A stretch of 56,565 nucleotides of DNA from assembly GCF_001194135.2 (NCBI RefSeq), contig NC_068995.1, positions 43,804,547-43,861,111 on the forward strand, in the 5' to 3' direction. The notes under the pieces were generated by a model. It had not been told where the DNA came from. It made no database searches and saw only the letters and a program-made list of their open reading frames with translations. Shown here piece by piece: positions 1 through 11,956 of this stretch. This DNA is from Octopus bimaculoides. Lineage: Eukaryota. The position numbers were made by a program, and so were the translations under genes. Numbering within the stretch: the first letter of the stretch is position 1; every line of letters starts with the position of its first letter.

Positions 1-1069
1 ATATATATACATATATATATGTATGTATACATATGTGTGTACACATATGTATATACAAATATATGCACATGTATGTATATATGTATATATGTATGTAGAA
101 TTTCTGAAGGAAACTTGTCATTAAATATTCAGTGTTTTCATGAATTCTTTGTTAGTTTTCTTCGAAATTAGAGTTAAGATTACATTAGAATTGATTCACA
201 ACTTACAGTAAACTTAGCGAGATCACACTTCTAAATCGTGCTAGCATATTTGATAAATGTATAACGTATATCGCGATAATAATTCCCATGATGCTTTCAT
301 TATAATTCCATTAATCTTCGTTATTGTTCTAGTTTGTCAAAGTGTAATACTTTATAATTTCGTCGTCAGTTCGCTTTCATATAGTTTACTGTAAGTTTTC
401 ATTAGCAAGTAAATGAAATAACACTAGTAGCAGAAGATTCCATTTCCTTACGCAACTTTGATGTTGTCTGATTCTGCTACGTGTAATAAAGTATTCTTGT
501 TTTTACAGAGCAGTGCAGTGGGTTGGCAGAATCTTTAGACTGTCAGAAATTCCTTGATATATTTCTTCCGGATTTTGATATTTTACGCTCTATTCCAGTC
601 GGTACTAATTTTTCCGTTTTCGTCTGAATTCAATAAAGCAGCAATCGAGTACTACAGTCCAGAATATCAAGAAGACTCTCTCCTCAAAATAAACATTCTT
701 ATTACTAGATTTCAAACCATGATATTTCATATCTTTATTTTATCAGTTCACAAGTCTATTAAAGGATGTATTCAAGTGTCATATTTTCATTTTTAGCTTA
801 CCGAGTTTTGTATTGTCTCATCTTTTTCTACTGAGTCAACATTGAATAAAACAGCTGCTGTATCATAAGATTTATAAACTTATCCTTGCGAGCAGAAAAA
901 AAAAACTAATGTATTGACCACTCTGACGAACTCTTCTTCTGGAACAAACAAGATAATGTAACAAGAGAAACAATTTTTATATAATATCATACACGATATA
1001 TATTTTGAATATTTGATTATTTGATTTCTCCAGTCACGCTTTACATCATAGAGAGAGGGGAGAAATCGA

Positions 1070-1104
1070 AAAAAGAAAGAAAGAAAGAAAGAAAGAAAGA
1101 AAAA

Positions 1105-1176
<72 letters not shown>

Positions 1177-1180
1177 AGGA
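1070..1180. repeat. (AAAG)n microsatellite
   Basis: Direct inspection. Confidence 0.95.
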
Positions 1181-1649
1181 AAGAAGCACTCAAAGAAAAA
1201 CTGAAAAATAGAGTCATTTTAAGAAGCGCAGGGTGTGAACACATCTTTGGCTTTGTGAAAGGCCAAATAAGAGGAAAACAAACGAAACACGTAGAGAGAA
1301 AGAAAAAAGCATAGGGATAGGAAAGAAGGGAGAATAAATTTGAGCTTTTAGAGGGAAAGTGGCTAGGGAAAAAATATGATAGGAAGAGGGGAGACAGAGG
1401 TTAGAGCTAACAGGTTAAAGGTAGAGAGGAGAGAACCAAATAAGTTAGAGATATGACACTTAAAGGGAGACAGTCAATTGTAAACATATCGAAGAAATTA
1501 AATGGTATCGTATATGAAAAGTTATTTGAAAAACAATGAAAATGAAAGAGATATAAGGAAGATGAACGATCTTATATTTGCCTGTATAACACAAAGTATT
1601 TTAAGGACGAATGATCATAAATAAAACAATGTTTTGTCAAATGTCAAGA

Positions 1650-1931
1650 GACCAAAGCCTCGTGAGTGGATATATATATATATATAAGCATATGTGTGGT
1701 GTGTTTGTATGTTTATGTGTCTTTGTTTGTCCCTCCCCCACCATCGTTTGACAACCGATTATGGTGAGTTTACGTCCTCGTAAGTTAGTGGCTCGGCATA
1801 AGGACCGATAAAATAAGTACTAGGCTTACAAAGAATGAGTCCTGGGGTCGATTTGTTCGACTAAAGGCCGTGCTCCAGCATAGCCGCAGTCAAACGATTC
1901 AAACACATAAAACAGTAAAAGAGTAAAAGAG
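1650..1931 (+). mobile_element. tRNA-derived SINE group A, 5'-truncated
   Basis: Homologous to the full copies at 20511-20926 and 51918-52423, with the (AGTAAAAG)n tail. Confidence 0.85.
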
Positions 1932-2381
1932 AGAAATATGTTGGTATTACTTCAGATGAAAATAAATGGAAGATACTCAGAAACGTAGGTGTAAGTGTGC
2001 TGGGGTGTAAGTGTGCTGGGGTGTAAATATGGACATGCACTAATATACAAACAGCTATAGGCATACACAAATGCATATACGCATATACATAATTGCAAAT
2101 AGACGTACGTACACACACACACACACACTTATTAATTCTAAGATAATTGATATTCTTTTGAAAATTAGTATTCATTTCATCATTTTGCATAAGCACGAAG
2201 AAATTTTGATAAAAGTTAAATTATTATTCTATGTATGCTATATGTCAAATTCTTTGATATCACGCATGGTAACAAAAGCACACGCTTCCTAAGTTTACCG
2301 TCATGTGATGAATAAAGTGCAAGTATGCACACAGATACGCCCACACACGCCAATATATATAGTATATATATAGAGAGAGAG

Positions 2382-2422
<41 letters not shown>

Positions 2423-2609
2423 GCAAGAAAAGGAGAGAGAGAGATTAGAACAGAAATGAAAAGGCAAACGTTTTTGCATGATATGACAAGGATAATTAAT
2501 TTAGTTATATAATGAAGCCTTATACATAGTCATACTGACGAAAACGCCTCGTATCTTTTACATATACTTATACACACACACAAACACACACACACACACA
2601 TACACACAC

Positions 2610-2722
<113 letters not shown>

Positions 2723-2747
2723 CATAGTGTCGGGCAATCCGTAGTAA

Positions 2748-2852
2748 ATATAGATATTTTCGATCTAGTTTGCATTCTTTGCCATCAAATTTGATTGCAA
2801 AGAATTCAAATTTGATGGCAAAGAATCCAAACTAGGTCGAAAACATTTATAT
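2748..2852. repeat. Imperfect palindrome with 47-bp arms
   Basis: 2748-2794 versus the reverse complement of 2806-2852, 4 mismatches, with an 11-nt spacer. Confidence 0.85.
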
Positions 2853-3699
2853 ATATATATAAAAAAACAACTTTCAGGAACAAGAGTGATTTATTGAGAT
2901 TATGTTGCGGATTATTTTTCTTTATCGGAGAACGATGAGCAGAAAAGAAGTTCTTTTTATATTCCTTGGTAGGCCACCAGGGTTGCCGAGTGTCCGAAAA
3001 AGAGTACAAGAGTTACAGAATGGAGTAAGCAAAATCTGGGCTACATATGTTTCACAGCGAGTGGAATCTCAGGCCAAGGATATCTTGATTTAATTAAAGG
3101 CTACATTGCCGCAGGGAGGTATTTGTTCACATAAGGTGGATTCAATCAGAATTTATGGAGGACACAGTATGTGAGGTGTGTATAGATGAGAGAAGAAATA
3201 AGTATTAGAATGGAAGAAAGAAGAGAAAGGAAAAAATAAGTAAATAAGATAAAATTAACTAGATGGGAGTGAGAGGAAGGAGGAATTGGGCAAGTCAGTA
3301 GTAGATAATAGTAGTGGTAGATAATAGGTAATATAGTAATTTAGCTTAATCACAGAATTTAATAGTGGGATTGGTAATTGAAGAGAAGATAAACTGGAGG
3401 GGTTTATCTTTACTGTAGGTAAAATAAATTGGAAGGGAGAGGATGGAGAATATTTTGGGGCGTGGAAGAGAAAAAGAAAGTGTGTATGAATAAAGCAAGG
3501 TGAAGTGGGGATTTAAGCATGGCTGGTGGTTGTTTGTAGTCGAGGGGTTTCTATGGCTGAAAGGTATGAATTAGTACAAAGAAAAAGGAACGCATGAAGT
3601 GGTGGAGATGTATGTAGGCGTAAGTATTTGTGGGTTTACGGATGGAGGGGGAAGAGGGTGAGGGAACAGAAATATAAGGAGAGAAGAATATTTTAGGGA

Positions 3700-4235
3700 G
3701 TAAGTAAAGATACGGAGAAAATATTGCAATTGATGATCAAGAAGTTAAAAAGGGGAGAAAAGTATTGTTGGTTTAATACAAAGTGTTAATGAGGGTTGAT
3801 AGATGTGAATATATATATATCTATGAGAGTAAGGAGGAGACAAGGTCCTTGTTAAGAAGAACAGGAGAAATGCTGGGGTAGTATTGATCAATGTTGACTT
3901 GTATAAATTTAAAAGAGTTTCTTATGGTATAGAGTTGAACCACTAGTTAGCTTCATTGGTTTTTGTCGAGAGTTTTAGTGAAGCTATGGTGTAAAATTGG
4001 GGAATTATTCGATCAAGTATAATTTTGCTAATCTTACCTATGTCGGAGCTGGAATGGCAGATGAGGCGGACGGAGGGGTTCGCTGCCAAGTTTTCGTTGT
4101 GATCCTTCAAGCTGATATGAAGTGGACGAGGTATGGAAGGTTCGGTCCTGTCCTCTAGTCCAAGTTTAAAGATGAGATCTCTATTTTTGCGGTTGATTTC
4201 ATTTATAGTTGAATCAAGTACAATTTTGTAGTCAC
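3700..4235 (-). mobile_element. Penelope-like element, reverse transcriptase fragment
   Basis: ISLKDHNENLAANPSVRLICHSSSDIGKISKIILDRI followed by WFNSIP...FIQVNIDQYYPSISPVLLNK, which matches the PLE RT pattern LKDHK.NF..NP..RLI.P..S.IGKISK.ILD ... FIQFDI..FYPSI. Confidence 0.75.
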
Positions 4236-4619
4236 ACATATATACATGCATACATACATGCATACATACATAGAAGTGTTAACCATCATATGACTCGTAA
4301 CACTCTCGTTTTTAGATAAATTGAAATAATCCATGTTGGTCAATAGTATCGTTCTTGTCTGCCCTTGAATGGAAACGCAATGATAAATTATAAATCATAT
4401 GCTACAGTTGTTACTTCATTTGAATGGTGATTAAATACAAAAAGATAAGACGAGTCAACGCTGGTTAACTAAAATAAATTGCATATAATTCGGGAGAGTA
4501 AATCGGACTCAAGTCATAACTGTCGATTTGTTATAATTGGTAGCATAATATGAGGATTATGGTTTAAAATTTAGGTACCAAATATTGATTGATGCTTTAT
4601 TTGATCGAGCACAGCAGAA

Positions 4620-4710
4620 AACGGAAACGGAGAGATTGACATCGAGAGACAGAAGAAATATAAGAAGGAATTTTCCGACGCTCTAATGATTCCGCAAAAC
4701 GCTACCCTAT
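4620..4710 (-). mobile_element. Degenerate group B-type tRNA head (a similar fragment lies at about 514-620, +)
   Basis: Minus strand TTGCGGAATCATTAGAGCGTCGGAAAATTCCTT, similar to 514-560 TGGCAGAATCTTTAGACTGTCAGAAATTCCTT. Confidence 0.4.
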
Positions 4711-4971
4711 GCTATGAAAATAACGATACATAATAACATGTGTCAAAATCGTGTATGGTTTTTTTGTGATAGGGAAATAGAATCTTACGCTAATAGTATA
4801 TATGTTAAAATCCTTAGCCGAGTGACGATTACTGCTCCGGCGAGAAAATGAAATTATACTTGGTTGTTAGGTTTTTTTCATGATTTTTTTTTTAAATAAA
4901 CAGTGAAATATCAACAAGTTCAGTGTGATCAATCATCAAATCAGTTCACTGTCAATATTATCGTAATCCAA

Positions 4972-5187
4972 GCCGGCGAGCTGGCAGAAACGTTAGCAAG
5001 CCGGGCAAAATGCTTAGCGGTATTTCATCTGTCTTTGCATTCTGAGTTCAATTTCCGCCGAGGTTGACTTTGTCTTTCATCCTTTCGGGGTCGATAAATT
5101 AAGTACCAGTTGTGTACTGGGGCCGATCTAATCGACTGGCCCCCTCCTCCCAAATTTCGGGCCTTTTACCTAGAGTAGAAAAGAATA
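4972..5187 (+). mobile_element. tRNA-derived SINE group B, full length
   Basis: GGCGAGCTGGCAGAAACGTTAG A-box, GAGTTCAATTTCC B-box, central CTTTCATCCTTTCGGGGTCGATAAATTAAGTACCAG; near-identical to 48628-48845. Confidence 0.9.
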
Positions 5188-5384
5188 ATATCGTCATCCA
5201 GGTATTTTCACATGATAATAGCATTTTCATACGCATTTTTCATGTTTTTTCTACAATGTGTTTTACAAGAAGAAAAAATAGAATACACTCCATACGCAAC
5301 ACCGACACAATTGCTAAATTCCGGAGGTTTTGTAACATCCCATCAGCACAAAAACCTCTACCTTAGAGACTTCATTGCGTGTAA

Positions 5385-5670
5385 TCAAACAATATGCATG
5401 GCACCAACAGAAACGCATCTGACTGCTGACATTACAGATGCTGAAATACTCATATTTGTCCAGTGGCGCATCGATGGTATTACAGTTGGAAGGTGAAAGT
5501 GAGAAAGCTGTATCAGCAGTCAGCTAGAATCTATTGTTAACTGAGTACACTGAAGCAACAGGAAATGGAGTGCCTTGCTCAAAGACATAATCTACTGCCT
5601 GGCCCGCGGATAGAAGTCATAACAATATAGGCGAACACCGAACAACTTAACCACTAGACCACACTCTTAA
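5385..5670 (-). mobile_element. Group C-related tRNA/CORE-like SINE
   Basis: Minus strand GTGGTCTAGTGGTTAAG A-box and TCTTTGAGCAAGGCACT CORE-like block. Confidence 0.55.
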
Positions 5671-5807
5671 ACATATATATTTATGTATGTGTATTTGTGT
5701 ACACACACACACACACAAATGCATGTATGTGTTGTCAATTCGTGGGTCTTCTGCGTTTTAGGTGTAAGAGAATACTTTCTGAATATGCACCTGGTGTTAA
5801 AAACACC

Positions 5808-5894
<87 letters not shown>

Positions 5895-7330
5895 GCATGC
5901 ATGTATGTATGTATGTATGTATGTATGTATTCTATTTTTGTCATCTTTATATACAGCTTTTAATCGAATCTCATACTGTCTTCACTCCTACATATGCAAC
6001 ATTACCTTGGCAATGAATTTCAAATATCTATCGAAGATTATTGAGATTAAATAGAACATAACCAAACTGAAAGTTACAGTTAGTTAATGTAGTATACCGT
6101 AACCCTTTAAAGGTAGATGAGTGTTCCCAAAGAAATAATGCATAACCTCCTTTTTCTCCTTTTAACTATCTTTTATTGATCCGAAAACAAGCAAATATAA
6201 CTTATGAGCATACTAGCTATTTCGTCTGAATCTATTATATGTACGCATGAAAGTGCTGAATGGTCTTCAATTTTTTTTGTGCTCATTTTCTTCTATGACG
6301 TTAGATTATAAAGCCCTTTCCTGAACTGATCTTTGAACTGGTTTAACTGGTATTTAACAGTTGCTAAAAAGAATTAAAAATAAAGTCTATCGTTGCATCT
6401 AATGCAAAGCATTGCTAATCTGTGGTATGTCATTTATTATGTTATACGTTTTATTAATTTTTCTCTTTACTTTCGGTTAAGGAAATCATAACAGTACATT
6501 CCGAAAACAGAGGAAGACAAATTTACCTGCTGAAAAATAACTACATTATACTTGCAGGTAGCATAGAATCACGAGCTGTGTGTGTGATTGATGATATCAG
6601 TTGCAGATATCGAATAAAGAAAGCAGCGAAGAAAGAAAAGTGTTGAATAACTTTACAGCTTGACGTTCGAAGATGCTGATATTTTGTAATTTCTTGCAGT
6701 TATTAGGTTTTTCTTTTTTTTTGACCGAAATTCGTAGTGAATCTGAGAACAGAGCCGTGTGATGTAAAATGTAATGTAGCTTCAGTATTCAAACAACGAC
6801 ACCTAATATTAATTGACAATCACAACGACAGGTGAAATGTTAGTCATGTTAACATTTCAAAGGATGTTTGATGCAGAAGCACGAACTGCGAAACTTAAGA
6901 AAGTCTTATTGAATACACAAACTCTCATGCTTTCCGCAAACGATATGGACGAGAGTAGTCATAGTTTGGAATATTGTTTACCCTAAGAGATATGACAGTT
7001 CAGGTTTGAGGCGTTGTAGCGGAAAATATTGACGTTTATGCACCTTTAATTGTATTATATTCAGAAGCAGAAAACTGCATTTGCTGTCTTAACGCTTCAG
7101 AAATTGTATGAATTCGCTTTCTGTTGAAATAAATGTTGCATTTAACAGGACATAACCAAACTAAAATACGGAAACCTTTAAAGTCAATGCTACTTCCTCA
7201 AAGAATGTCTCATACTAGACAGAATGTTTTATACTTTTAAAGGTAGACACTGAGTTTTTCGTAAATATCATGAAAGCAATATTTGCTTTCACTGCGAATG
7301 AAATTTCTTGCAGCGTATTTCTATTCATCT

Positions 7331-7636
7331 TTTATTTATCATTTTTAACTTGTTTCAGCCAACATTTGGTTATGGCCATGCTGGGGCACTGCATTGAAGA
7401 ACTTTTAGTTGAGTGAATCAACCCCAATGCCTGTATGCTTTTTAAGGTTGGTACTTATTGCACCGGTCTTTTTGTCCGACAGGCTTCTTTCAGTTTCCAT
7501 CAACCAAATCCGCTCACAAAGCTTTGGTCGGCCTGTGGCTAGACTAAAAGACACTTGGCTAAGGTATAACGCAGAGAGTCTGAACTTGGAACCATGTAGT
7601 TGGGAAGTCCACTTCTAGCTATACAGCTACATCTGC
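7331..7636 (-). mobile_element. SINE group A with internal deletion
   Basis: Head and tail match 20511-20926; the central 117 bp is missing. Confidence 0.8.
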
Positions 7637-8145
7637 CTCACATTCTGTAAGAAAGTGGAGTAATAAGTACTGTAGTTATGGCTTCCCAAGATGTCGAGAG
7701 TAAATCAATTATTATTTTGGAAATTATTTTTGTACAATAAATATGAAAAATCGGCGGATTGAAATATTTTTGTTTCAACAATGGGAAAAGGTAACTGAAA
7801 GCTAGACTAAGATCTTTCCTATACCTGGTTGTATATTGTGCTTATACCATTAACATTTAACACTCACCAATCATGTACCCTATTTCTAATTATGCAGTGC
7901 AGACAAAATATTGATTTGCACTAATCAGCGGCAGCGCTGTGGAATTAAATAGGGCCATGTAGACTTTCATTTACTTCTGCAGGACTGCAATACTTTCGCT
8001 TGTTCCGAGATTTACGAAATACAAGAATTAACTCTAATCCACTTAACATTATGTGCGGAACATTCTTGCCATGAAATCTTCTTACTTAGAAATATTTATC
8101 TACAGTAAAGTTCAACTAAGAACCAAATAAACATACTGGACTCAC

Positions 8146-8610
8146 TTGTGACCAGTGCCGTTGCAATTCTTACACACGCATACAGCCTCAAATCACACCA
8201 AATATAAGACATTCATTGGTAAAGACTCACCAGTACATAACCAGCACCTGACCTACGATGTCACTGTCTTCTTTTTCATTTCGATTACATCTACAGCAAC
8301 CACTTCAATGAATCGATTTTTGTACCGTTTGCACTGGTTTCCACACGAAACATAGGGTCTCCTCCTCCCGGGATCCCAACATTGTGAAACCCCATATTTA
8401 ACATTGACCGCATACGCCGGTCTTTTCTCCATCCCCGTCCACGACATTACAGTACAGACATTCAAACTGAACAAAAACCGTATCAGTCTCACACCTCTTC
8501 GAACGTTTCTGGAGATTATGGTTAGACACAGCACCACTTCACTAAGTCATAAAACATTTACTACATCCAATATCCTTTTCAAGAATTGGAGAAATTTTGT
8601 TTATTATTGT
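8146..8610 (-). pseudogene. Decayed exons of a cysteine-rich CxxCxGxG-repeat protein gene (SSUH2-like / DnaJ zinc-finger-like)
   Basis: Minus-strand acceptor ccccctacAG (8611-8620) and GTGAGT donors (8225-8230, 8140-8145). Translation across frameshifts and stops gives GCSKC, CLYCN(G)RGRG, CGQC, CGNQC, CCRCN, and an intact CKNCNGTGH just before the second donor. Confidence 0.45.
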
Positions 8611-8921
8611 CTGTAGGGGGTAATCGGATCGATGTTTCTTTTATTAATTTTGACTCCACATCCTTGATACCTTACCTTGGTATTGAGGCTGTTTACACAC
8701 ACACACACGTATACACCTTACATACATACATATGTATGTGTGTGTGTAAGTAATGTTATTGCCACATCAAAATGGCTGTTCCATGGTAATTGACATTACT
8801 ACCGATTTTTAACCCCAGGAGAAGCCGCCTCCAGTTGGTTATCGATGCAATCTGCACCCGATATATATTACAAGCAGGGGAGCAAACTCCTACCGTTTTC
8901 TAGTAGACGACAAGATCAACA

Positions 8922-8961
8922 GACCATACAGTTTCGGGCTATTTGTGCCTTCGTCACTGGT
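8922..8961 (-). ncRNA. Degenerate minimal type I hammerhead-ribozyme-like motif
   Basis: Minus strand reads ACCA-GUGACGA-AGGC-acaaaua-GCCC-GAAAC-U-GUA-UGGU. Stem I is ACCA/UGGU and stem II is GGC/GCC. There are two deviations from the canonical core (C3>G, G10.1>A). Confidence 0.5.
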
Positions 8962-9013
8962 GAACACCCATCCGCTACAGATAGCGGTAATTCGCTCCAG
9001 CCCCCAATATATA

Positions 9014-9136
9014 ATTTTCTACTCTAAGCACAAGGCCCCAAATTTGGGGAGGAGGTGGGGCAGTCGATTAGATCGATCGCAATATGCAACTGGTACTTAA
9101 TTTATCGACCCCGAAAGGATGAAAGGCAAAGTCGAC
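9014..9136 (-). mobile_element. SINE group B, 5'-truncated, with a 19-bp target-site duplication
   Basis: Matches the 3' half of 4972-5187; flanked by CTCCAGCCCCCAATATATA (8995-9013) and CTCCAGTCCGCAATATATA (9137-9155). Confidence 0.88.
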
Positions 9137-10199
9137 CTCCAGTCCGCAATATATAGAAAACCAAGCCAAAATCAGTTACTTAACTTGCAACAAGCAAACT
9201 AGCTAGTTAGAAAATCTCTATAAGATATGAAAATAGTAACTCTACTAACGAATAACGTTTATTGCCACGTTCATATGGATTGTCGCTTGGTTTCTATATA
9301 TTGCCACCTGGAGCGAGTTACTGTCATTTGTAGCAGATGAGTGTCAACCACTGGCGATGGACACAAACAGCCTGAAACCGTATATATATATATATATTAT
9401 TTTGCTTAAAAGAGTTCCAACACTGTCTGTTTTTTATGTTTTATTTATATTCCTGCAGAACTAATGTGGGGTATAGAATATGGAATATACAATATATAAT
9501 ATGATATACAATATACAATATAAAATAAAATAAAATAAAAATGGATGGCACCATGAAAGAAAGTATTGAATGTAGATGAAATATTGAGTGTTCAATATAA
9601 AGGATCAAATATATAAATNNNNNNNNNNNNNNNNNNNNNNNNNNNNNNNNNNNNNNNNNNNNNNNNNNNNNNNNNNNNNNNNNNNNNNNNNNNNNNNNNN
9701 NNNNNNNNNNNNNNNNNNNNNNNNNNNNNNNNNNNNNNNNNNNNNNNNNNNNNNNNNNNNNNNNNNNNNNNNNNNNNNNNNNNNNNNNNNNNNNNNNNNN
9801 NNNNNNNNNNNNNNNNNNNNNNNNNNNNNNNNNNNNNNNNNNNNNNNNNNNNNNNNNNNNNNNNNNNNNNNNNNNNNNNNNNNNNNNNNNNNNNNNNNNN
9901 NNNNNNNNNNNNNNNNNNNNNNNNNNNNNNNNNNNNNNNNNNNNNNNNNNNNNNNNNNNNNNNNNNNNNNNNNNNNNNNNNNNNNNNNNNNNNNNNNNNN
10001 NNNNNNNNNNNNNNNNNNNNNNNNNNNNNNNNNNNNNNNNNNNNNNNNNNNNNNNNNNNNNNNNNNNNNNNNNNNNNNNNNNNNNNNNNNNNNNNNNNNN
10101 NNNNNNNNNNNNNNNNNNNNNNNNNNNNNNNNNNNNNNNNNNNNNNNNNNNNNNNNNNNNNNNNNNNNNNNNNNNNNNNNNNNNNNNNNNNNNNNNNNN

Positions 10200-10242
<43 letters not shown>

Positions 10243-11304
10243 CCCCACAGCAATACATAATTTTTTTATACACTTTTCAATAATTTGAATAATAATTACC
10301 AATTCCTTTCAGCTTTTTTCTTACCATACGTCAATATCCGTCTTGTTTTTCAATATTATTTTCACATATGTCATCAGATGATTTTTTAAAATACAGACGC
10401 CAGAGTTTCATGTAATATTGGTAAATATTTTATTGTTCCATAGTTTATAATTTGGTAGTTGCTGGCAATTCAACAGTTAAGACTAATATCATTGTATTTT
10501 CAAATACGTAGGGTGTTCACGTTCTCTTCCACTGTTTCAGGTCACAGATTAAAATAGTGTACCATCCTCCAAAATGTTCGACCTTACATCAGGCCTCTTT
10601 CAGCGTTTTATTGATTTCAGTCATCTCATTGCAGTCAAAGTGGAGAATCCATAACTACTCCATCTTCCTGCTAAAAATAAAGAAAACAACTTGCCTCGGG
10701 AACAACGAAATTGTACTTCTGTTACACAATGCACAAATATCTGCGAGATGTTAGTTGCAATCATTGGAGATACTATTTTTGTATGTTCTTTTACATTATT
10801 TAAAATACTTTCTTATTGCTTCTGATACTGCAACATCCGCAAAAATGCGTCCTCCAAATGACATGTAGACATTGCAAATTTTTTTTCTTTTTTCTGTCTT
10901 AGTTGATTCTAGCATATCTAGAAACTCATCGAAAGACCTGATACTGTATCTCACCGTTTTGATGTGTAGTCTAATCGTTTACCATTCTTAGTGTACTTAT
11001 TTAAGGAAGTATAAATCGCACATGGCTGTTTTGTTTGTGTTTTTATACATTTTTAAAGGTACGTACCGGAGCAAATTATCTTGTGATCGGAAATAAATAA
11101 TGGAGTCATGTTTGTGTTTGTTTCAAATAGTTTATTTAGTTTAACTTTTTAAATCAAATGTGTTAACAACTTGTATGTTTATAAAATTATTTTTGTCCTT
11201 GAATAAATTATTAACACTGGCAATATAGTCGTATAATCGATGACTCAAAAATATAAATTTTTTTTTTACTTTAACGTATTAAAAATAATGTTACCGTTAT
11301 TTTT

Positions 11305-11956
11305 AGGTGGTGAGCTGACAGAATCGTTAGCACCCCGGGCTTACAGGCATTTGGTCTGTCTTTACGTTCAAATCCGGTCGGGTCGACTTTACTTTCCATC
11401 CTTTCGGTTCGATAACATAAATACCAGTCAAATACTGGGGTCGATGTAATCGACATATCCCTTCCGCTGAATTTGCTGGCCTTGTATCAACATTTGAAAC
11501 CAATATTACCGTTATTAAAGCGGCGAGTTGGCTGAATCGTTAGCATGCCGGACAAAATGCTTAGCGGCATTTCGTTCGTCTTTAAGTTCTGACTTCAAAT
11601 TCCACCAAGGCCAACTGTACCTTTTATCCTTTCGTGGTGAATATAATAAGTATCACTGGGATCGATGTAATCGACTTACCCTTCCCCCAAAATTGCTGGC
11701 ACAAGACCAAAATTTTAAATCACTATTACCCTTATTTAAGGTGGAGAGTTAGCTGAATCATTAACGTGCCAGGCAAAGTACTTAACGGTATTACGTCCGT
11801 CTTTACGTTCCTAGTTCAAATTTCACCAAGGTTGACTCTGCCCGTCATCCCTTTCGGGGTCGATAAAATAAGTACCAATTGTATTTTGGGGTAGATGTAA
11901 TCGATTTTCCCTCTCCCTCGTAATTTCTGGCCTTGTGCCAAAATTTGAAACCGATA
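11305..11956 (+). mobile_element. Head-to-tail trimer of diverged group B SINEs (about 11305-11505, 11517-11725, 11738-11956)
   Basis: Three collinear units, each with A-box, GTTC/TTCAAAT B-box and GTCGAT...CCCCAAAATT...TTGAAAC tail. Confidence 0.85.

Larger units (their letters stand above)
8755..9383. mobile_element. Non-coding hammerhead-bearing element (PLE/retrozyme-like) with an inverted partial second copy; interrupted by a SINE
   Basis: 8929-9000 plus 9143-9166 is an imperfect inverted repeat of about 9287-9380. Both arms carry a TATATA followed by a CUGANGA-like...GAAAC motif. 8755-8926 is homologous to 49057-49224. Confidence 0.6.

Noticed and set aside
200-397. 15-bp inverted repeat (200-214 / 383-397)
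   Set aside because: AT-rich, does not extend and has no TSD; insufficient for a MITE call.
9441-10302. Long ORFs of 100-270 aa containing X runs (also near 15.7k, 21.5k, 31.8k, 36.8k, 37.8k, 39.5k, 42.7k, 44.2k)
   Set aside because: They are N-gap read-through artefacts flanked by TA repeats.
10361-10379. Other CTGANGA...GAAA matches (minus 10361-10379, minus near 16420-16444, plus near 31586)
   Set aside because: No valid stem I/II pairing or cleavage triplet; likely chance matches.
10557-10754. EIVLLLHNA resembling the mariner LLHDNA motif
   Set aside because: A single weak motif with no other transposase blocks or TIRs.
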